Virus record (IMG/VR): IMGVR_UViG_3300017747_003232
Coordinates: 1-47,086 of that record
Reading direction: 5' to 3' (one strand)
DNA: 47,086 nt
Source of the DNA: a virus
Taxonomy: Duplodnaviria; Caudoviricetes
Below, in pieces: positions 1 to 8,555 of the stretch. The number at the start of each line of letters is the position of its first letter. Position 1 is the stretch's first letter. The notes beneath the pieces were generated by a model. It worked only from the letters and a program-made list of their open reading frames with translations. It was not told where the DNA came from and did not search any database. A program made the translations under genes and the position numbers.

Positions 1-123
1 CAAGAAGGAAGCAAACCCCATAGCAACCCCAAAAGGAAACAAGGAGAACTGACCAACCTGTACCCCAAGGGATGCAAGGATACAGCAGATGATGGCGACG
101 ATTAGGAAGACAGTCTTCATATC
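1..123. repeat. Terminal direct repeat, left copy (circular-assembly overlap)
   Basis: Bases 1-123 are identical to 46964-47086 (caagaaggaagcaaacc...gtcttcatatc). Confidence 0.95.
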
Positions 124-178
124 TGCTGATACGATTTTCGCATAGTGCGAAACAACAACCCAACGAGACAAAAAATAA

Positions 179-811
179 ATGAAAACAATAACGCTCAAGT
201 TGGATCAAATCAAGGCCGCTGACTGGAACCCGGAGCATCGCTCTGAGGAATCATACTGCGCTGATCTGGTCAGTTCATACACATCCATCGACCCCGAAAC
301 AGGGCAACCGTTTGGACAGATAATCGCTGCTCTTGTTTCCGACAACGGAGACGGGACATACACACTCGTAGAGGGGCATCGCAGGTACACCGCCTGTAAG
401 GTTCTAGGGCTACCTCTGGTGTGCCAGGTCTGCAAGCCAGGTTCAGCCGCAAGGTTGTACGCAGAGATCAACTCCACGGCAAAGCGGCTTGACGGCAGAG
501 ACAAACTCCACGTTTATCTGACCAATCGGGAAGCACTAGATCGCCACGCACAGAAAGAGTGCGACAAATGGGATGAGGGGACGCTGAAGTACATGGCAGA
601 GCATGGAGCCGGGATTGCAACCTTCAAGCAAGGTCGCACGGTAGCCAACTATGCGGGGACCGATCCTGACAAGACGGTTCGCTGGCTTGCCCGGTACAAC
701 CTCACCTACGCAATCCGCAGAGCGATAGAGGACGGCACCAAGCCTGAAACCATCGCATCAGCCATCAACAATGACAAGTCGCTGAAACCCAGTTGGGGAA
801 TGGCGGCATAA
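179..811 (+). CDS. ParB/Srx N-terminal-domain protein
   Basis: WNP motif near the N-terminus, GQIIAALV, then YTLVEGHRRYTACKVLG (ParB GxRR box); helical C-terminal region. Confidence 0.8.
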   Translation: MKTITLKLDQIKAADWNPEHRSEESYCADLVSSYTSIDPETGQPFGQIIAALVSDNGDGTYTLVEGHRRYTACKVLGLPLVCQVCKPGSAARLYAEINSTAKRLDGRDKLHVYLTNREALDRHAQKECDKWDEGTLKYMAEHGAGIATFKQGRTVANYAGTDPDKTVRWLARYNLTYAIRRAIEDGTKPETIASAINNDKSLKPSWGMAA

Positions 812-819
812 TAGAGATG

Positions 820-1027
820 AGCCAACCGGACGGACTTCTTACGAGGTTCGGCGGCAAAAGCCCCGGTTGGCGCTGAGGCTCTGAAAGACAGCACCACGGA
901 TACAGTCGAAGTGGCTACTAGACTCGTGTGATTGAGCCAGCAAGGGGCAGATGTTGCGGTTAGCCAGCAATGTTGCAGCCCCTTCGAAAGCGGAGTGAGC
1001 CTCGGCGGACGAACCGGGGCTGCACTC
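820..1027 (+). ncRNA. Candidate structured RNA between convergent genes
   Basis: Stems GCCAACCGG/CCGGTTGGC, CGGACTTC/GAGGTTCG, AAGGGGC/GCCCCTT enclosing ATGTTGC/GCAATGT, and GAGTG-AGCCTCGG/CCGGGGCT-GCACTC. The mismatches read as G-U pairs on the + strand. Confidence 0.4.
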
Positions 1028-1034
1028 ACGGGAG

Positions 1035-4000
1035 TTAGTTCCTTATGCCCCTCTTTGGGGGGGTGTAGACCTTCTTGATCGGCGCATCGGGCATACTCGG
1101 CTTGCCGGGGCCGACCCAAGGAAGACCAACCGGGAGGTTCTTCGTCAGGCCGCTTCCAGCTTTAGCCAGCATCGTGTCCTTGTCTTCCTCGAACGCGGGC
1201 TTAACCCTTCGGCCTTGCCCGAACCATGTATCGTCAAAGTCTTCCCAGTTCTTGTTGTCCCGGTGCTGGTAGGAGTCGTAGACCGTAGTTCCCCTCTTGA
1301 TCGCTCCAGGGACGACGCGAGAACCTAGTGTGCCAACTCGCTTGCCGGGGTCGTCGCCCTCACTGAGAGCCCAAAAGTTCTTCCAGTTTGATGCGGCCAC
1401 GTTTGCGGGCATGACATAAAGTTCCTTGATCCTGAGCATTCCCGCCTCTTTCTCAGTGATGGCATCAGCCGCCAGCGCATCCTCAATGAGCCGAGCCTTC
1501 AGCCCAGTCATGATCCCGCCGAATGGAGATGTCAACTGCTCAATCAGTGGCGGCATCGTGATGTATGGTTCGCCGTTGTTGTTCTTCTCAATCCTGAGTC
1601 CCACCCACGACGGGTCGCCCTTCATGTAAGCCCCAATCCCCAAGCCCGTCCCGACGATTGACTTAGAAGCAATATCTACGGCCCTGCGGCCTTGGGATAG
1701 GCTTTTGGGCTTCAGCCCCATTCGGACCCCGCCCTCAATCATTCCGTATGGGGTTCGGTTGATATAGTCCAAGCCGACATTCGTTAGGATCTTAGCATAG
1801 CGCATGAATAGGCGAACCCCAGTCGCCCCCACCTTCCCGAGGCGCTTGCTTCCTATATCAGTGCCCCCATTCACCAAGACTCTTTCCGCGTAGTGGTTGA
1901 GCCGTGATACGAGGTTGGAGTTGTTGTAGGTACCGTCCAGGGAAGCGTCAAGGGCGGCCTTCATTACGTCCTCGAACTCATCCGTCGTCAGACCTGCTGG
2001 CTTCTCGCCCTTGCGAAGCTGTTGGAGTATCCTGTTGCGCTCTAACTCAAATGGAACACCCTTCCGCGTGGATGATGTTAGCTTCAGGTTGCGCTGAGCG
2101 ATGTTCCCAGCGAAGTCATCTAGGGCCATGTGGAAGTGGACGTGCCGCATAGGGGCATCCGACAACGCTCCTAGGTTTGCGATCTTGCCGAGTTTGCTGT
2201 CGGTCCTAAGCCCTCCAACCTTGTCAAGCTCAATCGTGTCCTTTCCTGCGAGTACATTGGCGACTTCCTCTCGGAATGCCCCTTTCGTTCCTGAGAGTGC
2301 GCGGCTGATCTTGCTTGGATTCCATGCTTCTTGTCTTAGAAGCGGGTTCTTCTGGAGCCGAGAAAGCGGACCCCGAAGGTAAGACTCTCCGACCGTCACG
2401 ACTCCACGGACTCCACCAGCCCCGAAGTCAGCAAGCCTCATCGGAACGTCGGTGCCCGTGTTTAAGCCCGTGATGACGCTTTCGGCCTTCTCGGTGAACG
2501 TGTCCTGCGGGGCGATACTCTGTTCGCCTTTCATCAAACGCTTGAGTTCGTCCCGCTTGGCCTTGAGCATTTCTGCTTCTTCGTCAAGGTCTAGCTTCTC
2601 GCCCTTGGGCTTGTACTCTCCGTTCTCTAGCTTTTCGATTTCTCTTTTGAGCCGAGCTTTGTACTTCTCTAAGCCAGCGTTCTGATCTTCTGAAGTGGTC
2701 GCCCTCGCCCCAGTTTTCGCACCCTGGACAGCGGTTGCTGATACCCCTTTCTTCTTGGCCCATGCGTCAAAAGCTGCGATTGCTTCGGGATCTGTTTGCA
2801 GTTTGCCGAGCGCGGCTTTTAGCTCGTTGTAACCAGTCGTGCCCTTGTCGTACAGCCGGTCAAGCCCAGCTACGAACTGGTCGTTGTCCATCGTCATGTT
2901 GACGTTTCGCCCGCCGATCTTCTTGGACTTTACCGTGATAACGGACGGATCAACCCATTCCTTGAACCCGTTCACGTATTCAATCTGGACCTTGCCCTCG
3001 TTCTTGCCTGTGCCGACTGTCTTTCTGACCGTGACCGGCATCGGAGGCTTGTCGGGGCTATTGCCAGGGACTTCACCTTTCCACCCTGGCTTCAGTTCCG
3101 TTCCCTCTACTTTGGGCTGGAGGGATTCAGGGAGAGGGGTGCCTGACTTTGCTTCTGCTATAGGGGTAGTGGGGGGCTTGGCGTTTACATCGGTCAACGT
3201 TTTCTTGGGGTTAAAGAGGGCGAAGAACTCTTGATCCGGTACGCCTTCGTCTCCGGTCAGCCTGACTCCATCGAACCCAGAACGCTTCAACCAGTTGAAT
3301 AAGACCGGGTGCTCTAGCAAGTTGAAATCTTTGCCGTTGCGGGTTAGCCTATCAATAAGCGCGTCCGTGGTCTCAAAACCCCGCACCGTATCGTAGGTTC
3401 GCCCGCCCTCTGTGACTTTGAGCGCGTACGCCTTCGCTTTGGCAATATGTTCTGGATTCGTCGCGTCAAACAGGTTAAGGTTCGACGGCATGTCAAACTC
3501 ACGCACGCCGGGGCTTGTTCCCCATGAGCTTGCATACCTTCCCGCTTGCTCCCTGCTCGTGGTCACAAACTGCGCACCCAATCGGCCAAACGATTTCCTT
3601 GGATTCAGCGGAGTGTCCGTAACGTAAGGCGTCCCATGATAGACCCGAATCGGTGCATCCCCACCCTTCCCAGTAACCGTCTCTTTGACCTTTGGTTGTA
3701 ACGCCTCGGGGAGAGGGGTGGAAGCTGGTTCGGGGGTCTTTGTGCCTTTCTTGCCAGAAGTCGTCTGTGCGGTTGCTACAGGGGCATCAGCGGGGGTTTT
3801 CTGTGCTTGGGTTAGCGTATCTTCCCATTGCTTCATCGCCGCCGCGTCACTCTCGGGGGTAGCCGTAGGCTTGACCCTAGTTTCAAGGACTGCGACTTTC
3901 TCTTTCGCCTTCAGGTTGGCTTTGCTCCCTGCTTTGGTGCGGGCGAGTTCGGCGCGGGCGGCGGCAAGATCATCAACGAAGGTTTCGTTTGGCGTTGAAT

Positions 4001-5561
4001 AAAGATTAGCGCGAGTGGCATCCGTGAGGGTGTTCCCGTCCTTCTTTCGGGTGGTGCTAACTACCGGTTCGCCGTTGGCCTTCGTGCGCCACGTCGTTTG
4101 CTTGCGAGGTCCTTTTGTTGCGGGCTCAGGAACAGCGGCCTTCGCTGGTTCAGGAATGCTCTGAGGGGCTGGCCCGGTCGCGCCTTCTGTTTTGCCCTCC
4201 GCCTTGGCCGCCTCCCGAGCTTTCAATCGCTCCTTGTTCTTGATGGCCTTAATAGCTTCGTCGGCTTTGATCTCACCTACGACATCGCCAGCCTTCGCCG
4301 CCTTCGCCTTCTTTTCCAGTAAGCCCTTGATAATGAGGTTTGTAACGTCGTCAGGGGTCGGCGGAGCGGGGGTAGCCCCCTGCGTTCCGTATCCGCTCGG
4401 GATGGTCTGTTCGCTAGTGCCTCCGCGAAGGAACCTTGCCAAAGCATCTTGCTGGTCAAGGGGCAACATTTCTCCGGCTGATAGCCCGCCTGGAGCCTCT
4501 ACGGAAGGAATCCCGCCCCCACCTCGTTTGAATAACTTGTTTATTACCGGGCCAAGAACCTTGTTTGTTACCGGGCCAAGAGCCTTGCCACCCGCGCTGA
4601 CAACCTTTCCAGCACCGGGAGCCCCGACCTTCAGATACGTGTTCCCTGCCGCTCCTACTCTCTCCATCGGAGTAGCGCCAGGGCCGATCAATCCAGTTCG
4701 GACATCCGTCAATGCGTTCCCGGCGATGATATCGTTGTAGGAACTCGAAGCCGCGCTGGCGGGATTACCCGCTTGCTCCATGAACTGGTTGGCATCACCC
4801 GCCCCCGATATACCGAGGGCTTCCAGTAGCTTGCTTGTCGTATACAGAGGGTTGGCCGGGGTGCCGATCATATTGAGCGGCGATACCAGTTTCCCAAGAA
4901 CCGACTCACCAACGATCTTCTCGTTCTGAGCGTTCACCGTGTTCTGGTCGGCCATCTGGTTCTGATACCGGGCTCGGTCGATCTGACCTCTTTCCAGCGG
5001 TTCACCCGTTTCAGGCAGTCCGAGGGTGATGCGAAGGCTGTTGATCTTGCGCCGTTGGTCGGACTCAAAATCTGCCCGTTGCTTATCCTTGGCTGGGACT
5101 TGATCCAGTTCCGTTCGCCTTGCCTGAACCGTGGAGGTTTCGCTATCCACTCTCCCAAGCTGATCCCATTCCTCGTCAGACTTGGGCTTGGGATACATCG
5201 CTCCCGTTTGCTTGGACTTGATTAGACCGTTGGTTCCAGGCTCAAAGTTGCTCCGTGCCTTGTGGAGCCGAACGGCTTTCTTGTACCCTTCGGGGGTGCC
5301 GTCGTAAGGCAGGAACTTCCCGTCAGGCGTCTCAATGTAGTCCCCCGATTCAGGAGGTTTCGGCTGGGGTTGGCTTACCGTCTTTGCGGGCTGCTTCTTA
5401 GGTGCAACAGTTTGGACAGGCACTTGGCGCACAACCTCTTTCCTGACTGCCGCTTGCCTTTTGGGTTGGGCATTGATGAACTGCTGAATGGGCGTGGCGT
5501 TGGGGTCGATTAGGTTCGACTTGTTGCCCTGTGCAAGCGTATCAATGACCAGCTTCCTCAT
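1035..5561 (-). CDS. Large internal virion (ejection) polyvalent protein with an ART-PolyVal-like ADP-ribosyltransferase domain
   Basis: 1508 aa, last gene of the virion operon, Ala/Lys/Pro-rich linkers; internal RVYHGT...FVTTSREQAGRYA...GFDGVRL...EFFALFNP. Confidence 0.75.
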   Translation of the reverse strand: MRKLVIDTLAQGNKSNLIDPNATPIQQFINAQPKRQAAVRKEVVRQVPVQTVAPKKQPAKTVSQPQPKPPESGDYIETPDGKFLPYDGTPEGYKKAVRLHKARSNFEPGTNGLIKSKQTGAMYPKPKSDEEWDQLGRVDSETSTVQARRTELDQVPAKDKQRADFESDQRRKINSLRITLGLPETGEPLERGQIDRARYQNQMADQNTVNAQNEKIVGESVLGKLVSPLNMIGTPANPLYTTSKLLEALGISGAGDANQFMEQAGNPASAASSSYNDIIAGNALTDVRTGLIGPGATPMERVGAAGNTYLKVGAPGAGKVVSAGGKALGPVTNKVLGPVINKLFKRGGGGIPSVEAPGGLSAGEMLPLDQQDALARFLRGGTSEQTIPSGYGTQGATPAPPTPDDVTNLIIKGLLEKKAKAAKAGDVVGEIKADEAIKAIKNKERLKAREAAKAEGKTEGATGPAPQSIPEPAKAAVPEPATKGPRKQTTWRTKANGEPVVSTTRKKDGNTLTDATRANLYSTPNETFVDDLAAARAELARTKAGSKANLKAKEKVAVLETRVKPTATPESDAAAMKQWEDTLTQAQKTPADAPVATAQTTSGKKGTKTPEPASTPLPEALQPKVKETVTGKGGDAPIRVYHGTPYVTDTPLNPRKSFGRLGAQFVTTSREQAGRYASSWGTSPGVREFDMPSNLNLFDATNPEHIAKAKAYALKVTEGGRTYDTVRGFETTDALIDRLTRNGKDFNLLEHPVLFNWLKRSGFDGVRLTGDEGVPDQEFFALFNPKKTLTDVNAKPPTTPIAEAKSGTPLPESLQPKVEGTELKPGWKGEVPGNSPDKPPMPVTVRKTVGTGKNEGKVQIEYVNGFKEWVDPSVITVKSKKIGGRNVNMTMDNDQFVAGLDRLYDKGTTGYNELKAALGKLQTDPEAIAAFDAWAKKKGVSATAVQGAKTGARATTSEDQNAGLEKYKARLKREIEKLENGEYKPKGEKLDLDEEAEMLKAKRDELKRLMKGEQSIAPQDTFTEKAESVITGLNTGTDVPMRLADFGAGGVRGVVTVGESYLRGPLSRLQKNPLLRQEAWNPSKISRALSGTKGAFREEVANVLAGKDTIELDKVGGLRTDSKLGKIANLGALSDAPMRHVHFHMALDDFAGNIAQRNLKLTSSTRKGVPFELERNRILQQLRKGEKPAGLTTDEFEDVMKAALDASLDGTYNNSNLVSRLNHYAERVLVNGGTDIGSKRLGKVGATGVRLFMRYAKILTNVGLDYINRTPYGMIEGGVRMGLKPKSLSQGRRAVDIASKSIVGTGLGIGAYMKGDPSWVGLRIEKNNNGEPYITMPPLIEQLTSPFGGIMTGLKARLIEDALAADAITEKEAGMLRIKELYVMPANVAASNWKNFWALSEGDDPGKRVGTLGSRVVPGAIKRGTTVYDSYQHRDNKNWEDFDDTWFGQGRRVKPAFEEDKDTMLAKAGSGLTKNLPVGLPWVGPGKPSMPDAPIKKVYTPPKRGIRN

Positions 5562-7147
5562 TTCTTGCCCTTCACTTTCTTAGCCTTGTATCCGTCTTCT
5601 TCAGGAATCGCCAGCCCTTTCGTTGAAGTAGTGGTTGGCTTCTTTGGCCCGGGTTTGGTCGCGGGCGGGACGGTAGCGGTCGGAGCAACGTAGGGCTTGG
5701 TTGCCTTTTTGCTACCCTTGTCGTTTTCCGTGTGCGCTCTTCCATCAATGGACCCGTAGGGCAGGTATTTGCCGTCCTTGTCTACGGGCATCTCAGTGTC
5801 AGCCCGTTCGGTTGTAGGACCACCCGACCCCTTCAATGCTTCTTCGTATTGGCGCTTGTAGTCGTCAACCTCTTCTCGGAGGATCTTAAACGCATCCTTC
5901 TCTTCGGGAGTCATCCGGTTAGCGATGTCCAACATATCCAGCATCCCCGTACCGGGAGGGATGATCTCTTCAAGCTGGGTTTTCTTCAGGGTCCAAAGTT
6001 GCTTGAGTTCGGTCGGAGTCGGCTGTTCGCCGTTCGCCAGTTTGCCTTCAATCTGAGAACGAACCGTCGCCCATCGCAGAGCGTACTGAGGAGCGATGAA
6101 CCGGGTTTCCTCTGCAATCTTCTTGCCGACGATCTCGTTGAGTTTCGTGCGGGAGATGACCGCTTTGATGTCAGCATCCAGCTTTTTGACCTTCATAGGG
6201 TTGATCTTCTCAAGCTGCGCCCATTCCTGCTTATAGAGGGCCGTGCGGGCTTGCATCTGTTCGCCCTTGTAGGTGTCTCCAGACAACGCCTTGACGATAT
6301 CAGGATCAGACAAAACTGACAGGTCAATCTGCCCCTGTTGCATGGCAGACAGTAACGCCGCATTTGCGATCTCCCGCCCTTCCTTACTGGAAAGATTGGG
6401 GACCGACTTCAGGAAGTTCATCGCCACTTCCTTCTGAGCCTTGTAGCGTTCCGTGTTCCGCTTAGCGTCGATGTTCATCTCAGTCCGATCAGTAATCGCG
6501 GACTGATTGAACTTCGCAAGGTCCATGCTTTGAGTGTGTTTCTTATCCAGGGCTTGGAGTTCACGCAGGAACCGCTCATTGTCCGACCTAGCTTTCTCGG
6601 CTTTGTCGATCTTCTCGCCCATGAACCCTGCATCCTGCATGATTCCCTGACGGCGAAGCTGTTCATTCTGCATGGCTTGTTGGTATTCCTGACTAACCAC
6701 GTCTTGACGAGCCCCCATGAAGCCCTGAAGCCCTTGGGATAAGTCCTCATCTTGCGCTCCGAGCAAGGAAGCAAGGATAGCGGCCAAGCCTACAGGGAGA
6801 ATGTCCCTTCCGCTGATCGGGTTTCGTTGCTTGATGTCCATAGGCTGATAGGCTTGACGCATCAAATCCTGTCGCTGATTCTGCCACTCGGGTATTTGGC
6901 CTTGGCCGGTGAGGATCTGAGGGATGTTGCCCGTCATCGTCCCCGCCATCAAGTTCGCCGGGAACGGAAGGCTTTGCCGGGGATCGGGAGCGCCTGGGTT
7001 GATGCCGGGTGTTCCGATCTGCGGGGGATTCATCCCGCTCTTAATCATGTTCGCAATGAGCGTTGCGAATGGGTTCCCGCCCTGCGGTTGGGCAAAAGGA
7101 TTCCCGCCAGCGATGGCGTCAATCGGTCGGCCTTGCTGAAACATCAT
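5558..7147 (-). CDS. Internal virion/ejection protein (Gln-rich coiled coil)
   Basis: 529 aa; hydrophobic segment ILPVGLAAILASLLGA followed by Q/E/K-rich helices; lies between the nozzle and the large ejection gene. Confidence 0.6.
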   Translation of the reverse strand: MMFQQGRPIDAIAGGNPFAQPQGGNPFATLIANMIKSGMNPPQIGTPGINPGAPDPRQSLPFPANLMAGTMTGNIPQILTGQGQIPEWQNQRQDLMRQAYQPMDIKQRNPISGRDILPVGLAAILASLLGAQDEDLSQGLQGFMGARQDVVSQEYQQAMQNEQLRRQGIMQDAGFMGEKIDKAEKARSDNERFLRELQALDKKHTQSMDLAKFNQSAITDRTEMNIDAKRNTERYKAQKEVAMNFLKSVPNLSSKEGREIANAALLSAMQQGQIDLSVLSDPDIVKALSGDTYKGEQMQARTALYKQEWAQLEKINPMKVKKLDADIKAVISRTKLNEIVGKKIAEETRFIAPQYALRWATVRSQIEGKLANGEQPTPTELKQLWTLKKTQLEEIIPPGTGMLDMLDIANRMTPEEKDAFKILREEVDDYKRQYEEALKGSGGPTTERADTEMPVDKDGKYLPYGSIDGRAHTENDKGSKKATKPYVAPTATVPPATKPGPKKPTTTSTKGLAIPEEDGYKAKKVKGKK

Positions 7148-7959
7148 CGTCGCGTCACTACTCCTTGCCCGCCTCCATCGCTGGCCCCGTCAGGGTTTGA
7201 CCACCCGCCACCTCCACTACCGCCGAATAGCGATCCGAGGATGCTTCCCCAACCACCCGCCCCACCGGTCAAGCCGCCGAGCATGGAACCAAGGATGCCG
7301 CCGAAACCACCGCTGGACTTCTTGCGGGTCATGTCGTTCTTCAGGTTCCAGTCTTCAACCCTGAGAGCGGTGTCGGTCACTCCTTGGTAGGCCCCGAGAG
7401 CCGCAGGGTTGAACGCTCCGTTGATGGCAGCGATAATGGCCTGTACAGCCTCCTGTTGACCTTGGGGGGACTGAAGATATGCGTCGAAGGCAGAACTCCT
7501 GTCAGCGCCTTGATTAGAGGCGTTTAACATGGCTCCCTGTCTCAATGCTTCTGCGTTCGCCGGGTTTCCTTGGCCGAGCATCTGCGCCAACCGATAGCCT
7601 TCGTCTTGAGCTACGCCCCGCTGTTGACCACGGAACGCCGCCGCGTTTGCTTCGGGGTTCATAAGCTGGCTCACTTGTCCTTGGATGGCTTGCTGTCTTT
7701 GAGGCTCCATGCTTCGGGCGAAGAGGATATTGTCTCTGAGCCACGGAAGCGTGTCGTATTGGAGTTTCCAGTTGTTCTGCTTCCACCCTGCCCAAGAATC
7801 GCTCAGGTCAAAAGGGAGCGGTCCCGAGCTGCCGTCAGATGGACTCGCGGCTGGCATCTTCCCCCAGTCGTAAGGAAGGGGGTTGGACTTGGCCGGGTCT
7901 ATCCCGAACGGGTTCGTGGAAGTTCGGGGCTTCTTCGTGGCGGCAAAGGATTGGAGCAT
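7144..7959 (-). CDS. Ejection/pilot-like protein with a C-terminal glycine zipper
   Basis: Gln/Ala-rich helices and GGFGGILGSMLGGLTGGAGGWGSILGSLFGG; position typical of podovirus ejection proteins. Confidence 0.6.
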   Translation of the reverse strand: MLQSFAATKKPRTSTNPFGIDPAKSNPLPYDWGKMPAASPSDGSSGPLPFDLSDSWAGWKQNNWKLQYDTLPWLRDNILFARSMEPQRQQAIQGQVSQLMNPEANAAAFRGQQRGVAQDEGYRLAQMLGQGNPANAEALRQGAMLNASNQGADRSSAFDAYLQSPQGQQEAVQAIIAAINGAFNPAALGAYQGVTDTALRVEDWNLKNDMTRKKSSGGFGGILGSMLGGLTGGAGGWGSILGSLFGGSGGGGWSNPDGASDGGGQGVVTRR

Positions 7960-7961
7960 GA

Positions 7962-8555
7962 TTAGTACCTGTAGTTTGGCAGAGTTTTGGGGTCAACCCA
8001 ATGGGAAGGGTCTTCAAAGAGTAGACCGCAGAACTGAACCGTGTAGGGGTTTATGTCAGCGGAGATAGCGAGTCGGTTCCGACCTTGGACGACGGTTAGA
8101 GTGAGGGTTTGCCCCACTGATGGAGCGGGGCCTGACCCGGCAACGTATTCGGTGACGACGCCGTTCATCTTCACTTGGATGTTGGCGTCCACGTCGTTGT
8201 TCGCAACATCAACCCCCGAGAGCAAACACTTGACCTCGCCAGGGTGAGGGGAATCCCACATAATCACCCAACGTCGTTGCATCGCGTAGCCGAGGTTGCC
8301 TTTGTCAAACGAACCAAACCCCGCCGCGAGGCGATACTTCATGTAATCCGTCGCGTTGGGGTCTTCAAACAAAAGGTCCCAATCCAAGCTGACGCCGGTC
8401 GTCATGGTCGCCCCGTTCTGGTACGTGCAATCCCAATAGGGAATCTTAACCGGGATCGCGGGCGCGGTAGAGCCTTCCACCTGGGGGATGGTGGATTGCA
8501 TCCTATCCAGCTTTGCCTGGAGATCCGAAACGATTCCTCTGAGGTTCTCGCTCAT
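7962..8555 (-). CDS. Putative virion tail-associated protein
   Basis: N-terminal short coiled coil and beta-rich C-terminus; ATGA-coupled to the nozzle gene. Confidence 0.5.
   Translation of the reverse strand: MSENLRGIVSDLQAKLDRMQSTIPQVEGSTAPAIPVKIPYWDCTYQNGATMTTGVSLDWDLLFEDPNATDYMKYRLAAGFGSFDKGNLGYAMQRRWVIMWDSPHPGEVKCLLSGVDVANNDVDANIQVKMNGVVTEYVAGSGPAPSVGQTLTLTVVQGRNRLAISADINPYTVQFCGLLFEDPSHWVDPKTLPNYRY

Noticed and set aside
1-123. 123-bp terminal repeat as a biological DTR
   Set aside because: It starts in the middle of ORF 46712-47068 and lies far from terS. It is best explained as assembler overlap of a circular contig; reads are needed to decide.
871-995. Hammerhead ribozyme (CTGAAAGA...CGAAA)
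   Set aside because: The core does not match CUGANGA, and I could not build the required three-stem junction.
4537-4587. 24-bp tandem duplication (LGPVTNKV/LGPVINKL)
   Set aside because: A two-copy imperfect in-frame duplication in a low-complexity linker; there is no evidence of function.
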